Assembly (NCBI GenBank): GCA_965248265.1
Contig: CBDFJF010000002.1
Span: 1,120,001 to 1,184,000 of the forward strand
DNA from: Candidatus Latescibacterota bacterium
GTDB lineage: Bacteria > Latescibacterota > UBA2968 > UBA8231
Direction of reading: 5' to 3'
Length of the DNA: 64,000 bases
Part shown: piece by piece, positions 1 to 10,255 of the stretch
Layout: every line of letters starts with the position of its first letter
Position numbering within the stretch: position 1 is the first letter of the stretch
Made by a program: the position numbers and the translations under genes
The notes under the pieces: generated by a model
The model's input: the letters and a program-made list of their open reading frames with translations, nothing else
The model's database searches: none
What the model was told of the DNA's origin: nothing

Positions 1-326
1 AGCTTTGCCGTGCTGGCCTCTATCTCGCTTCGCTGCTGCTGAATCTCGTCTTGCGGAGCTGCGGCCAGTACGCTGCTGGCGAGGGATGCCAGGGAATCGG
101 GAGCCGCGCTGCGGGGGAACATGATCGATCCCGCCGCGTCGCCGATGACGGTGTTGAGGGTGACGTCTTTGTCGCCGTCGAGGGTTTCGTGAAGCATCTC
201 GAGAGCCGAGAGCGTCAGCAACAGCGTTTTACCTGGCTTCGTACCGGGCTCAGCGGAGCTCGCCTGTCGCGCTGTCGAGGCGCACAGCACGATGGCGGCG
301 ATTTTGATGACGTCGGAAAGGTTCAT
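1..326 (-). CDS. Hypothetical secreted protein (partial, runs off the window start)
   Basis: Manual translation gives MNLSDVIKIAAIVLCASTARQASSAEP..., a signal-peptide-like N-terminus. AAGGA RBS upstream; frame open to position 1. Confidence 0.5.
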   Translation of the reverse strand, partial: MNLSDVIKIAAIVLCASTARQASSAEPGTKPGKTLLLTLSALEMLHETLDGDKDVTLNTVIGDAAGSIMFPRSAAPDSLASLASSVLAAAPQDEIQQQRSEIEASTAK

Positions 327-617
327 CGCATATCCTTTTTTCATCATAAGCAAAGCCACCTGGCCGGCGATAGGCCAGACGGGGGGATGCTCTGTATCGG
401 CCTTCCACCGCGCTTTCCCCTCACGAAAATAGATGGCTCCGGGCAGGTGTCCGTTGTCCTGCTGTCCGGCAAGGTTGTTCTCGATCGGTGGCGCGCATGT
501 TCGGCATCGAGTGGCAGGATATCCAGGATGGCATGCTTGCCGTGGAGATCCGCCACATAGTTCAGCATAATCGCCATTCTGCCTTGCCCAGCGCCTGCAT
601 CTTGCTGGTATCAATCT

Positions 618-872
618 TCATTTGAACTTCAGCAAGGCCTTCATGGCGGGCGCTCCGCTCTCCATCTGTTCGAACACGCTGGGAAGATCCTCCACGGCGA
701 CCTGACCCGTTATCATGCGCTCAAACGGATACCGGCCGTGGTAGATCGACAGATCCGAGCCGCAGACGCCGCCGTAAGCGACCTCGATGCGGACCTCCGA
801 CGCCCCCGGGGACCGGGGTTCGCAAGGACGAAATTCGAGTTGTCTTCTTCCGGTGTAAAAAGCCGCTGTCAT
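618..872 (-). pseudogene. Zn-dependent alcohol dehydrogenase (MDR) remnant with a large in-frame internal deletion
   Basis: N-terminal motif EVRIEVAYGGVCGSDLSIYHG is joined directly to a typical MDR C-terminus (MITGQV...MKALLKF). Only 84 aa. Confidence 0.7.
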
Positions 873-1362
873 GAGAGCACCTGCGCGACATGGGTGTCAG
901 GGGTGTGAGGGAAGGAAGTGGAAGGGTGTAGCGGGGTCAACCGAGTCATCTCGAGCACTCGCTCCATATCCGGGATATTGAGCCTGTCGTCCTCTGCTAA
1001 ACTCTTAGATGCCAGGCGTTCGCGTTCAGATAGGCTGCCCCTCAAAAAACCTGTCTCTCGTCAGCGCCCCATGCTTCGCAGAACTCCCGGTCGACTTCCT
1101 CGATCAATCGGCCGAGCTGCTCATCGCCAATCAACGCACCGATCTCCCCATAGATCCGGTCAAGCGCAAAGTCGCGGCGACGTAACTCACGTCCGCCATG
1201 GCAGAAATCGTGGTGCGTGGCGTGCCGGAGAGCCCAGCGCCCTTGACGTATCTGAAACCTTCTTGAGGTGCTCGACTCTGGTCTGTACCACACGATGCCA
1301 AGCCATCGCAGCATCTCCAGGCTTGCTGTTGTAACTCTTTGCAGAGATGAGAGTTACGCCTC

Positions 1363-2919
1363 TCACCCATGCAATTTCCCCCAGATCGGTTTCATCTGCC
1401 ATACGTCCATGGAGCGCACGAAGGCCGATCCGCCCTCAGCGAAAAGGGCGAGCGCGGTGTCTTGCCGCGGTGGGTAAATGACGCGTGAGATGGATCTGAG
1501 GCCGCCGTTGGCAAAAATCTCCATCACGGATTTGTCCAGAAACACACGCAGTTCGAGCGCCCATGCTCCCGGATCTCGCTCCAGGGGAACTTCGTTGACC
1601 CTGCCCGCGTCGACGGCGACCACGCGCCCGTCGTAGCGGATCTCTACGCCCGTACCATCATCACCGCAGCGCACCCTGAGTCCGCAGGCACCGGCGTCGC
1701 CGGGCTCGATGACGACCCAGATCTCGATCGTGTCGCCGCCGACGCCTTGCAGGACCTCCGTCCGAGAGTCCAGAGCCAGCGCCTCGAGCCTGAAGTGCTG
1801 GTGGCGCAGTACTTCCAGTTCCGGCACGGGCTGCTGTCGCGGGCTGCCGTCCTCCCCAATCGTGAGCACGCGCGGTAATCCCATGCAGCCATTCCATCCG
1901 CGCTGGATCTTGAATCCGCTCTGCCACCCCAGCAGCAGGCAGCGGCCCTGCTGGTCGTAGTTCATGCTGGAGCCCACAAAGCCGCGATCGTGACCACCGT
2001 CCGGCCGGCGATGGCCGGGCGCGCCGCCGTATTGCATGATGCCCTCGCCTGTCACCTCAAAGTCGAGCCGGTTCAGGTCGAATGTCCCTGCGTAGTACTG
2101 CATGCTTTCGATTTCCCAGCAGGTCGTCATCGCCCAGCGATCGTCGTCCCTGTACAGCATGGGACACTCGAAGTACGGCCTTTCGCCGGGAAGTTCCGTG
2201 TCGAAGATCAGTCCCAGGTAGTCCCAGCGCAGCATATCCGGGTCGGTGGTCTCATAGAGGGGCAGCAGACATCGGCCGTCGATGTAGCAACTGCTCAATA
2301 TCATTAACGTCCGGCCCTGTTCCTGGAAGATGTACGGGGCGTCCCATTTCTCGTAGTCCGGTCCACCGTGTGTTCCCGGCATCATGATCGGGGCCTCCAG
2401 AAACTGCCACTCGATCAAGTCGTCATCGCCGATCGCGGCCCATATCTCTCGTGTCAGCCCCGGGCGGGCAAGGGCTCCTGTGGCATCAAAGACGGCGGGG
2501 ACAAAGAGCATCGGGCGTCCGTGGTCGTTGACGGCCGCGCACCCGGAATTGATGCGGACGACCCCCGCAGGGGCGGTCAAGGCAACCGGCAGGTGTTCCC
2601 AATGCACGAGGTCCCTGCTGCGCGCATGGCCCCAGACCGTGCTGTGCACGCCAACCGTGTCGGAGTAGGGATTGAGCTGGTAGAAGGCGTGATAGAAGTC
2701 CCCATGGTGAATGAATCCGTTGGCATCATTCATCCAGCGGGCGGGACAGCGGAAGTGATACACCGGGCGATCGGGATCGGCAGCCACGCGCGGCATCTCA
2801 TCATGGACCGCAAACATGGCATGGCGAACGAAGTGGTCGGTCGAAGCCTCGGCAAGCTCAAGCCAGTGCCGTGCCTCGTCCGCCGGTGTCACGGGCCATC
2901 TGCTCTCACTCATGCGCAC
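1363..2919 (-). CDS. Glycoside hydrolase family 32 (beta-fructofuranosidase-like)
   Basis: Motifs WMNDANG, WGHARSRDLVHW and FECP, plus a C-terminal beta-sandwich (LRVFLDKSVMEIFANGG). Confidence 0.9.
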   Translation of the reverse strand: MRMSESRWPVTPADEARHWLELAEASTDHFVRHAMFAVHDEMPRVAADPDRPVYHFRCPARWMNDANGFIHHGDFYHAFYQLNPYSDTVGVHSTVWGHARSRDLVHWEHLPVALTAPAGVVRINSGCAAVNDHGRPMLFVPAVFDATGALARPGLTREIWAAIGDDDLIEWQFLEAPIMMPGTHGGPDYEKWDAPYIFQEQGRTLMILSSCYIDGRCLLPLYETTDPDMLRWDYLGLIFDTELPGERPYFECPMLYRDDDRWAMTTCWEIESMQYYAGTFDLNRLDFEVTGEGIMQYGGAPGHRRPDGGHDRGFVGSSMNYDQQGRCLLLGWQSGFKIQRGWNGCMGLPRVLTIGEDGSPRQQPVPELEVLRHQHFRLEALALDSRTEVLQGVGGDTIEIWVVIEPGDAGACGLRVRCGDDGTGVEIRYDGRVVAVDAGRVNEVPLERDPGAWALELRVFLDKSVMEIFANGGLRSISRVIYPPRQDTALALFAEGGSAFVRSMDVWQMKPIWGKLHG

Positions 2920-2922
2920 CTC

Positions 2923-4233
2923 TCAGGTCCGGATCCAACCGTCAGATGTCGCTGATTTGAGCCGACTCATGATCAGGGCGCTGGTCCCCAGCAGCGCAGT
3001 ACCCAACAGAAAAACGGGTGTAAAGGAATCGACGGGCAGGATCAGCCAGTGCCCGGAAACACCGTCGAAGGTGTCCAGCAGTACCCCGGCTACAATCGGC
3101 CCGAGCCCTCCCAGTAATCCCATCCAGGCGTAGTAGACGGCGAGGTACTCCGTTTTCTTCTCGGCGGGAATGACGTTGACATACAAGAGGCGCTGCTCAC
3201 TCACGGCCCACCCCGTATTGACGATGCCCCAGAAAAAGGCGATCGCCACTCCCGCGGCGAAGCTCCAGACATCGTTACGAGGCATCGCCCACCAGCACAG
3301 GGGCAGGATGACCATGAGCCCGAGTGCCCACATGATCACCGGCTTGCTGCCGCAGCGGTCCGCTGCCCATCCCCAAAGGTAGCAGGAGAGCAGGCCGGCG
3401 CAGAAGCTGCTCAACTGCAGCAGCAGGATCTGACTGTCCGCCAGTCCCACCTGCTCCTTCATGAACAGGGGAACGAAGGCGAACACCATACTGTATCCGC
3501 CCATCACCGTCAGGCCGTTGGCGGCGAGATAGATCCGGAAGTCCCGATCCCTCAATGCCAGGCGCATAGCACGCCCGTGTGCGGTTTCCCTTTTGCGGCC
3601 CGGTCCTCCGCCCGGAATGGGCAGGGCGCAGAGTACGGAGATGAATCCGAAGAGGACGCCGGCCCCGATGAGGGCGACGTAGCCGACGATTCCCGGCCTG
3701 TGATCGAGGATGTAGCTGGCGGCAGCCAGAGTGACGCCGGTCCCGAGCATGCCGAAGAGATTGCTGACGCCGTTGAACCGCCCGCGGATTGGATCGGGAA
3801 TCATCTCCCGGTGCCAGGGATAGTAGGCAGTCTCCCCGATGGCGCGGAGGATGGCGAAGGTCAGCACCAAGGCGACGACGAAAACGAAGGTTATGTCAAC
3901 TCCGTGGCTGCTGATGAGGTACGGCACGGCAAAGAAGAGTGTCGTCACCGTCGTGCGCAGGGTCCAGCACATCAGGAACACGCGCTTGACACCGACCCGG
4001 GCAATGGCTGCTGCCAAGACGAGGGCCAGCGGGCTGCAGAAGGGGAGCAGAGAGAGCAGAAATCCGATGCGCGTCTTGGGCAGGCCCAGTTCGCTGAGAA
4101 ACAACACGAAGACCGGACCGAAATACGTAAGCGAGGAGAACACCTGGTTCAGGGTGTCGTGGCTTATTACCCACGGGAGATGACGGGGCCGGACTCCGAA
4201 CAAGCCGGGAGCAGGTGCTTCGGTAGGTGCCAC
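2923..4233 (-). CDS. MFS transporter
   Basis: About 12 hydrophobic segments and the motif WGWAADRCGSK. Start placed at GTG 4233 to avoid overlap with the upstream gene. Confidence 0.85.
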   Translation of the reverse strand: MAPTEAPAPGLFGVRPRHLPWVISHDTLNQVFSSLTYFGPVFVLFLSELGLPKTRIGFLLSLLPFCSPLALVLAAAIARVGVKRVFLMCWTLRTTVTTLFFAVPYLISSHGVDITFVFVVALVLTFAILRAIGETAYYPWHREMIPDPIRGRFNGVSNLFGMLGTGVTLAAASYILDHRPGIVGYVALIGAGVLFGFISVLCALPIPGGGPGRKRETAHGRAMRLALRDRDFRIYLAANGLTVMGGYSMVFAFVPLFMKEQVGLADSQILLLQLSSFCAGLLSCYLWGWAADRCGSKPVIMWALGLMVILPLCWWAMPRNDVWSFAAGVAIAFFWGIVNTGWAVSEQRLLYVNVIPAEKKTEYLAVYYAWMGLLGGLGPIVAGVLLDTFDGVSGHWLILPVDSFTPVFLLGTALLGTSALIMSRLKSATSDGWIRT

Positions 4234-4246
4234 CGGAGACCTGAAG

Positions 4247-5698
4247 CTAGGAGGCGTAAAGCGCAAACAGCCTGGCGCGGTCGAGGTAGATCTTGACCTT
4301 GAATCCACCGCGGGTCTGCGAGACCATCTGTTCAAGCCGGGTGTTTTTCCACCGTACTCGGTGATCTGTTTCGTCCCCCGAGAATGGAACGCAGTCGTCT
4401 TTGCCGAAACCTGACAGGATGCGGTCGAACGGATCGACGAGCTCCACCCGTAGCGACCCGCCGGTGGCGTCGCCGTTGATGCGCAATGTGTCAGTACTCT
4501 GGACCTTCAAGGGCGCCGTGGTCACGACTCCCTGCGCCTCCGCCTTCAGGCAGACCAGCCGGTCCTTTCGGATCTTCGCCAGACTGATGCCCCTGTGAAT
4601 GTTCTCGTCATGGCGCGGTGGTTTGCCGTGTAGGGTGTTGGCGCTGCGGTGGTAGAACCATATCTCATCGTCGCGTACGAAAGGGGCATGCGAAGGATAG
4701 ACATTGCCGCAGTCATGGCTGCCAGGAGGGCCACATGGCAGGATCGGTTCACGGTTCCCGGCGCGATGCCAGGTGCGGCCGTCCTTCGAATAGGTCAACT
4801 GAATGTCCATCTGGTTCATCCATTCGGGCATCCAGTCCTCGATCTGATTTTGGGCGATCCACCCCTCGTGCTGGGTGTGGAATACGGAGAGGAAACCGAT
4901 GCGGAAATCGCGATAGGCCATCGAGGTCATGCCGTAGAACTCGTGATCCTGCGGGGGATCCTCCTCATCCGGGGCGACGATGATTTGGCGCGGCGTCCAG
5001 TTTTCGAAATCGTCGCTCTCGGCCATGCAGATGACACGTACGTTGGGCCGTCCCCGCAGATAGACGACGTAGCGGTGGATGGTCGGATCCCAATGGGCGG
5101 CCAGGTGGGTATCCGAGCCTTGCGGAATGACCGGGTTGACCCAGTGTGGGGGTATGTTCCAGTGAATGCCATCGGCCGAATACGCCACGCAGACCGGCTG
5201 GACGATGCCGGCGAATATCATGTCCCCGGTCTGGAACATGAAGAGCATCTTGTAGCGCCTGGCGGGGTCTGCTTCGATCGGGTCTTTCATGACGCTAGTG
5301 CCAACGCCCCACCGGAAAAACGGAAAGACCAGGTTGTTCTCTGTGCTACCGCCGTCCTCGACGAGGTTGAGGACAGGCTTTTCCCAGTGAATCCCATCGT
5401 GCGACACCGCGTAGGCCACTCCGTCCGCACCCTCGCCGTCGAGCTCGCTGTCTAGCTCACTCCCTCTTTTGCTCACGCCGTACCACATCTTGAAGAGGTC
5501 TTCCTCGTCGTCGTGGAAGACATTGATGTAGCTGCCGAGTTCCCACTCATCTTCCCAGTCTCGATCTGTCTCGATCAACGGTTGTGGCGAAACCTTCTGT
5601 GCGGGAACGACCCCTTTGACGACGCCCTCGAGGTGTTCGATATGGGCGTCATCGATGAACTGGAAGGCCGATTTGTCGTCTGTCATGTCCTCTGCCAT
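4247..5698 (-). CDS. Five-bladed beta-propeller glycoside-hydrolase-like protein
   Basis: Repeated YAxSxDGIHW / SDDFENWT / YSKDGRTW motifs. Confidence 0.7.
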   Translation of the reverse strand: MAEDMTDDKSAFQFIDDAHIEHLEGVVKGVVPAQKVSPQPLIETDRDWEDEWELGSYINVFHDDEEDLFKMWYGVSKRGSELDSELDGEGADGVAYAVSHDGIHWEKPVLNLVEDGGSTENNLVFPFFRWGVGTSVMKDPIEADPARRYKMLFMFQTGDMIFAGIVQPVCVAYSADGIHWNIPPHWVNPVIPQGSDTHLAAHWDPTIHRYVVYLRGRPNVRVICMAESDDFENWTPRQIIVAPDEEDPPQDHEFYGMTSMAYRDFRIGFLSVFHTQHEGWIAQNQIEDWMPEWMNQMDIQLTYSKDGRTWHRAGNREPILPCGPPGSHDCGNVYPSHAPFVRDDEIWFYHRSANTLHGKPPRHDENIHRGISLAKIRKDRLVCLKAEAQGVVTTAPLKVQSTDTLRINGDATGGSLRVELVDPFDRILSGFGKDDCVPFSGDETDHRVRWKNTRLEQMVSQTRGGFKVKIYLDRARLFALYAS

Positions 5699-5881
5699 AT
5701 GGTGTTATCCGGTGTTATCCAAAACTGTCGCGTGCGTATCAGAGTAGTCCGTCGATTGCTTTCGTCGAAGCGCTGCCAGATTATCGCTCCTTCTCGGCAG
5801 CATCGCCAGATGGCATATGACAGCGCCCTGCACGGGGATCCGAGTTTGACACGCACCTCTTGTTTTTGTTCGTTGACCGCC

Positions 5882-6730
5882 ATGACACAACTATATAACG
5901 GCGTAGATAACCGCGTAGATGACCGCGACTGGAGCCAGCTCTCCCTCGGCGATCGAATTCAGCAACTAGAGGTGGAGGGCTATGTCATGCTTCCCGACCG
6001 GTTGAGTGATGACGACATAAGAAAGCTCAAGGAGCAGGCCGCTCAATTCGAGACCACAGCCGCCGACTACAGCGTGAATCAGCGTGGCACGAACGCCATT
6101 CAGTTTGCCGGTGGCGCCATCACTGAGTTGATCGCCTATCCGCCGACGATCGAGTTCCTCGAGACCTTGTGCGGCGACATCGTCGCCATGTCATACGACT
6201 ACACCCGTTCAGAGCCGGGGCACCCCGGTATCAGCCTCCACTGTGATGGCCAGCCCTGGGGGTCGACGATTTTCCCGGGTGAGTACACCTGTCCCAAGCT
6301 GATCCGGGTACTCTATTACCTCGACGACCTGACTCCCGAGGTCTCGCCTTTTCGCGTGGTACCGCGCACGCACCTGAGCTTTCACAACCAGGCCAACCCC
6401 TACCTGCGCTACGAGGAACATCCCGAAGAAGTGATGGTGACCTGCAAGGCAGGCTCGGTGCTGCTGTTCAACAACAACGTCTTTCACGGCAACTATCCCA
6501 ACACGGGGTCGTACGCGCGCGCTTCGCTGCAACTCTCCTACCGCCCGGTATGGGCTGGACCGGCCGAACCTGTCGAACCGTGGGATGCCGGTGAGGTGGC
6601 CAAGCTCTCACGCGCGGTGCGTCGCCTCATGGGCGACCGCAGCTGCCGCACCTGGATTCCCGAGGGTGGCAACAAGCCGCCCGACATGCTCCGCGAAGCG
6701 CCAGGCATCAACCCGAGTCGCTGGAAATAG
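5882..6730 (+). CDS. Phytanoyl-CoA dioxygenase (PhyH) family protein
   Basis: HxD motif (LHCDG), YYLDDLT, VVPRTH and distal FHG. Confidence 0.85.
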   Translation: MTQLYNGVDNRVDDRDWSQLSLGDRIQQLEVEGYVMLPDRLSDDDIRKLKEQAAQFETTAADYSVNQRGTNAIQFAGGAITELIAYPPTIEFLETLCGDIVAMSYDYTRSEPGHPGISLHCDGQPWGSTIFPGEYTCPKLIRVLYYLDDLTPEVSPFRVVPRTHLSFHNQANPYLRYEEHPEEVMVTCKAGSVLLFNNNVFHGNYPNTGSYARASLQLSYRPVWAGPAEPVEPWDAGEVAKLSRAVRRLMGDRSCRTWIPEGGNKPPDMLREAPGINPSRWK

Positions 6731-6733
6731 CCA

Positions 6734-7654
6734 ATGAGTGAGCCGATTGAGCTTCAACAGACGGTCATTGACGGAACCGAATCAGGCCCCCATCTGGTGA
6801 TCACGGGCGGTGTACACGGCGACGAGTTCGAGCCGATGGCTGCCTTGCGCAGGCTGAGCGCCCATTTCGACGACGATGAGGCTCGCGATGAACTGCGCGG
6901 CCGGCTCACTGTTGCTCCCGTCGTCAACGAGGCAGCGTACCTGCGGGGTGCCCGTACGGCGGAAGACGAGCTGGATCTGGCCCGCGTCTGCCCCGGCGAC
7001 CCCGACGGGTCGATCACCGAGCGCACGGCCCATGCGTTCGCCGAATTGATCCGCTCGGGCGATTACTACATGGATCTACACACCGGCGGCACCAAGGCTT
7101 CCGTGTGGCCGATGACGGGATACTACCTGCACCCCGACCCGGCGATTCTCGAGCAGCAGCGCGCCATGGCGCGGGCCTTCAACCTGCCCGCCATATGGGG
7201 AACCAGGATGATGGGGGGCCGTTCGCTCTCGGTGTCCTGTGAGGCCGGCATACCGGGTATCTATGCCGAGTACCACGGCAGCGCCACGTGCGATGCCGAG
7301 GGGGTCGATGAGTATGTCCAGGGCTGCCTGAATCTCATGTCCCATCTGCACATGATAGACCGCCCGGCGCCGCCTTCGAGAGTCCTTCATTTTGTAGAGG
7401 ATGACCGCGATGATGCCGGCATCATGGATCTGCACAACCAATCACCACTGACCGGTTATTTTGACTCCGCCGTGCAGCTCGGCGACTATGTGGAAGAGGG
7501 AAGTCCGCTGGGAACTGTCTGTGATGTGCTGGGAGGAGATGTGCAACAGGTATGTTCGGAGAGCTCCGGCTACGTGCTCACCCTGCGCACCTATCCCCGT
7601 ATCCTCGCAGGCGACATGCTCGCCGTCATTCTGGAGGCGCCGCCAGCAGGCTGA
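6734..7654 (+). CDS. Succinylglutamate desuccinylase/aspartoacylase family (M14-like) protein
   Basis: Motifs GGVHGDE, DLAR and DLHTG. Confidence 0.85.
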   Translation: MSEPIELQQTVIDGTESGPHLVITGGVHGDEFEPMAALRRLSAHFDDDEARDELRGRLTVAPVVNEAAYLRGARTAEDELDLARVCPGDPDGSITERTAHAFAELIRSGDYYMDLHTGGTKASVWPMTGYYLHPDPAILEQQRAMARAFNLPAIWGTRMMGGRSLSVSCEAGIPGIYAEYHGSATCDAEGVDEYVQGCLNLMSHLHMIDRPAPPSRVLHFVEDDRDDAGIMDLHNQSPLTGYFDSAVQLGDYVEEGSPLGTVCDVLGGDVQQVCSESSGYVLTLRTYPRILAGDMLAVILEAPPAG

Positions 7655-7688
7655 ATTCCCCACACTCTCGAACAACGGAGGACTCCCT

Positions 7689-8675
7689 GTGAAAATCGCC
7701 CTCGGCCTCGGCCCCGAACCCGATGCCAAATCAACTTTCGGCACCATGTGCGGCGTAGAACACGCCGTCGGTTTCTTCAGTCTCTCGCCCAAACCGGATC
7801 TGGGCATCGACCACGACGACCAGCCGTTCAGTCGTTCCTCATTGGCCGCTACAAAAGCGGCGTACGAGCGCAACGGCTACCAGCTTTCGGTGATCGAATC
7901 ACGACCGCCGCGGGAGAAGACCATGCTGGGGCAGCCCGGGCGCGACGAGGAGATCGAGGTCGTGTGCGAGTTCATCCGCAACATGGGCGCCGTCGGCATC
8001 CCGGTGTGGTGCCCGGCCTGGATGCCCGTCCACTTCGTCATCCGCACGACCGAGGAGGCTCCGACCCGCGGGGGGGCGCAAGTGACCGCTTTCGATCTTC
8101 AAGAATTCGAAAAGACCGCGACACCGCACGAACACGGCGAGATCAGCGAGGAGAGTCAGTGGGACAATCTGAAATACTTCCTCGAGCGGGTTGTGCCGGT
8201 CGCCGAAGAGGCCGGCGTCAAGCTCGGCATGCACCCGGACGATCCGCCCCTGTCGCCGATTCAGGGCGTCGCCCGCATCATCAGCAGTGTAGACAACTAC
8301 CAGAAGATGGTCGACCTGGTACCCAGTCCGGCCAACGGCATCGGTCTGTGCCAGGGCAACTTCGGTTTGATGACTGACGACCTGCCCGGCGTCATCCGCC
8401 ATTTCGGAGAGCAACAGAAGATCAATTTCGTCCACTTTCGCGACATCCGGGGCACACCCGAAAAATTCGATGAAGCCTTCCACGACGATGGAAAGCACGA
8501 CATGGCCGAGTGTGTACGCGCCTACCGCGATGTCGGCTACGAGGGTGTGGCACGGCCGGATCACTTCCCGCGCATGACGCACCCCGGGTTCGAGGACGAA
8601 CACGAAATCGAGCGCCTCTTCGCCATCGGTTACATGAAGGGGTTGGTCGAAGCCGTTTACAGCGAATCCAATTGA
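7689..8675 (+). CDS. uxuA: Mannonate dehydratase (UxuA family)
   Basis: Motifs LERVVPVAEEAGVKLGMHPDDPP, FVHFRD and RPDH. GTG start after a GGAGG RBS. Confidence 0.8.
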   Translation: MKIALGLGPEPDAKSTFGTMCGVEHAVGFFSLSPKPDLGIDHDDQPFSRSSLAATKAAYERNGYQLSVIESRPPREKTMLGQPGRDEEIEVVCEFIRNMGAVGIPVWCPAWMPVHFVIRTTEEAPTRGGAQVTAFDLQEFEKTATPHEHGEISEESQWDNLKYFLERVVPVAEEAGVKLGMHPDDPPLSPIQGVARIISSVDNYQKMVDLVPSPANGIGLCQGNFGLMTDDLPGVIRHFGEQQKINFVHFRDIRGTPEKFDEAFHDDGKHDMAECVRAYRDVGYEGVARPDHFPRMTHPGFEDEHEIERLFAIGYMKGLVEAVYSESN

Positions 8676-8686
8676 GGACAACACCC

Positions 8687-9445
8687 ATGACCGAAGATCT
8701 CGATCCCAGACGACATCTGGAACTGGAAGGCACCGTCAACACCAGGGACATCGGCGGATACGCCACCGCGGACGGGCGCAAGACCCGCTGGGGCAAACTG
8801 CTGCGCTCCGACTCCCTGCATCAACTCACGCCCAAGTCACAGCAGACCCTCATCGACTGGGGCCTGCATTCCGTTCTCGACTTGAGAAAAAGCAAGGAGA
8901 TGCAGAAGACACGCAATGTGTTCTTCGACCACGATCGAGTGACCTACTACCACCAGAACATGGTCGGCGACACACTGATTCGTGAACGCGAGACCATCCC
9001 CGAGGGATTGGAGTATGTCGAGCACATGCGCTGGTCCTACTCCGTGGTCCTGGATCGGCGCAAATCCCACATACACGACACGCTGTGCCTGCTGTCCCAG
9101 CCCGACACCATGCCGGCGCTCGTCCATTGCGCCGGCGGCACCGAACGGACGGGGCTCATCGTCGCCCTCGTCCTCGGGATCGCCGGTGTACCCGATGAGA
9201 CCATCGCCGAAGACTTCGGACTTACCGCTCGCTTTTCCTACCAAAAATACCTCGAGATCCATCCGGAGGTGAGCGCTGAAAGCTACACGTTGGAAGATCA
9301 CCAGGCCCAGGTGTGTCGACCCGATACCATGCTCGCCGTGCTGCGCACACTCGAAGAGCGCTATTGCGACGTTGTGGGTTATGCACGCAACATCGGCATG
9401 AGTGAGACGCAGATCGAAGCGCTACGGGAGGCCGTTGTCGAATAG
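8687..9445 (+). CDS. Tyrosine-protein phosphatase (Y_phosphatase3/PtpB-like)
   Basis: Motifs NTRDIGGY, LLRSD, DLR and HCAGGTERTG. Confidence 0.85.
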   Translation: MTEDLDPRRHLELEGTVNTRDIGGYATADGRKTRWGKLLRSDSLHQLTPKSQQTLIDWGLHSVLDLRKSKEMQKTRNVFFDHDRVTYYHQNMVGDTLIRERETIPEGLEYVEHMRWSYSVVLDRRKSHIHDTLCLLSQPDTMPALVHCAGGTERTGLIVALVLGIAGVPDETIAEDFGLTARFSYQKYLEIHPEVSAESYTLEDHQAQVCRPDTMLAVLRTLEERYCDVVGYARNIGMSETQIEALREAVVE

Positions 9446-9477
9446 GTTAGTCTAATGCAACGTGGCTCTCTTTCTTC

Positions 9478-10110
9478 ATGTGGAATACCGGCGACGATCT
9501 CCGTCGTCCCTCCGGGGTCGTTATGAGCGCTCGTACTGATGACCAATTCGTCGATAGGATGATCGACAAGCTGTTTGTCGCGCAGGACAGACGACCGGAC
9601 GATCTCGGCGATATCGATGTCGCAGCTCTTCCGTCTTTCGAGCGCGGCCTGCTGGTGATAGTCGGGCTCGTAACCCAGTTCATCGAGGCCTACAAGATGG
9701 AGCCGGTTCAGGTGCACCAACTGACGCAGGAGTGCCGTCGGTTGAACCAGAGTGATCCCTGGCTAGACATGTCGGCTGGTCAAGAGGTCACGTCACGGCA
9801 GGTAATACTGAAGGGCGCAAAGAGTGGGACAGCGTACCTGAATGGCGAGGCACTCATAGTGGCGGAACGACTTCCGGAGGGGGTGCAGCGTGACCTGCAT
9901 GAGTCGGGCATGGGGCTGGGACAGATTCTGCGACATCGCCGAGTGGAGACGCACGGCGAGTTGCTGTGGTGTGGCACGGAGAGCGGGGAGCCAGAGTCGT
10001 CTGACGCCCGGCCAGTTAACCCGACTATCAACAAAACCTATCGATTCATCTGCGACGGAAGCCCGATAATTTTGATCACGGAGAGATTTCCTCCACCGCA
10101 AGGAAGTTGA
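9478..10110 (+). CDS. Chorismate pyruvate-lyase-like (DUF98/UTRA fold) protein
   Basis: Motifs RQVILKG, GLGQIL and PIILITERFP. Confidence 0.7.
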   Translation: MWNTGDDLRRPSGVVMSARTDDQFVDRMIDKLFVAQDRRPDDLGDIDVAALPSFERGLLVIVGLVTQFIEAYKMEPVQVHQLTQECRRLNQSDPWLDMSAGQEVTSRQVILKGAKSGTAYLNGEALIVAERLPEGVQRDLHESGMGLGQILRHRRVETHGELLWCGTESGEPESSDARPVNPTINKTYRFICDGSPIILITERFPPPQGS

Positions 10111-10255
10111 GTCGAACCATGTCTTGGCGATGCGCGATACACTCCATGTCGGCGCTGGCGGTGAGGTTTCTGATGGCGGACCCCGCTGTGACGATCTGGC
10201 ACAAAACCTTGGACTACTGGACCAGCTCATACCCACATTCCCAGGAGATGACGAG

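Noticed and set aside
1042-1402. Short minus-strand ORFs downstream of the GH32 gene
   Set aside because: No recognisable family. They may be remnants but cannot be supported.
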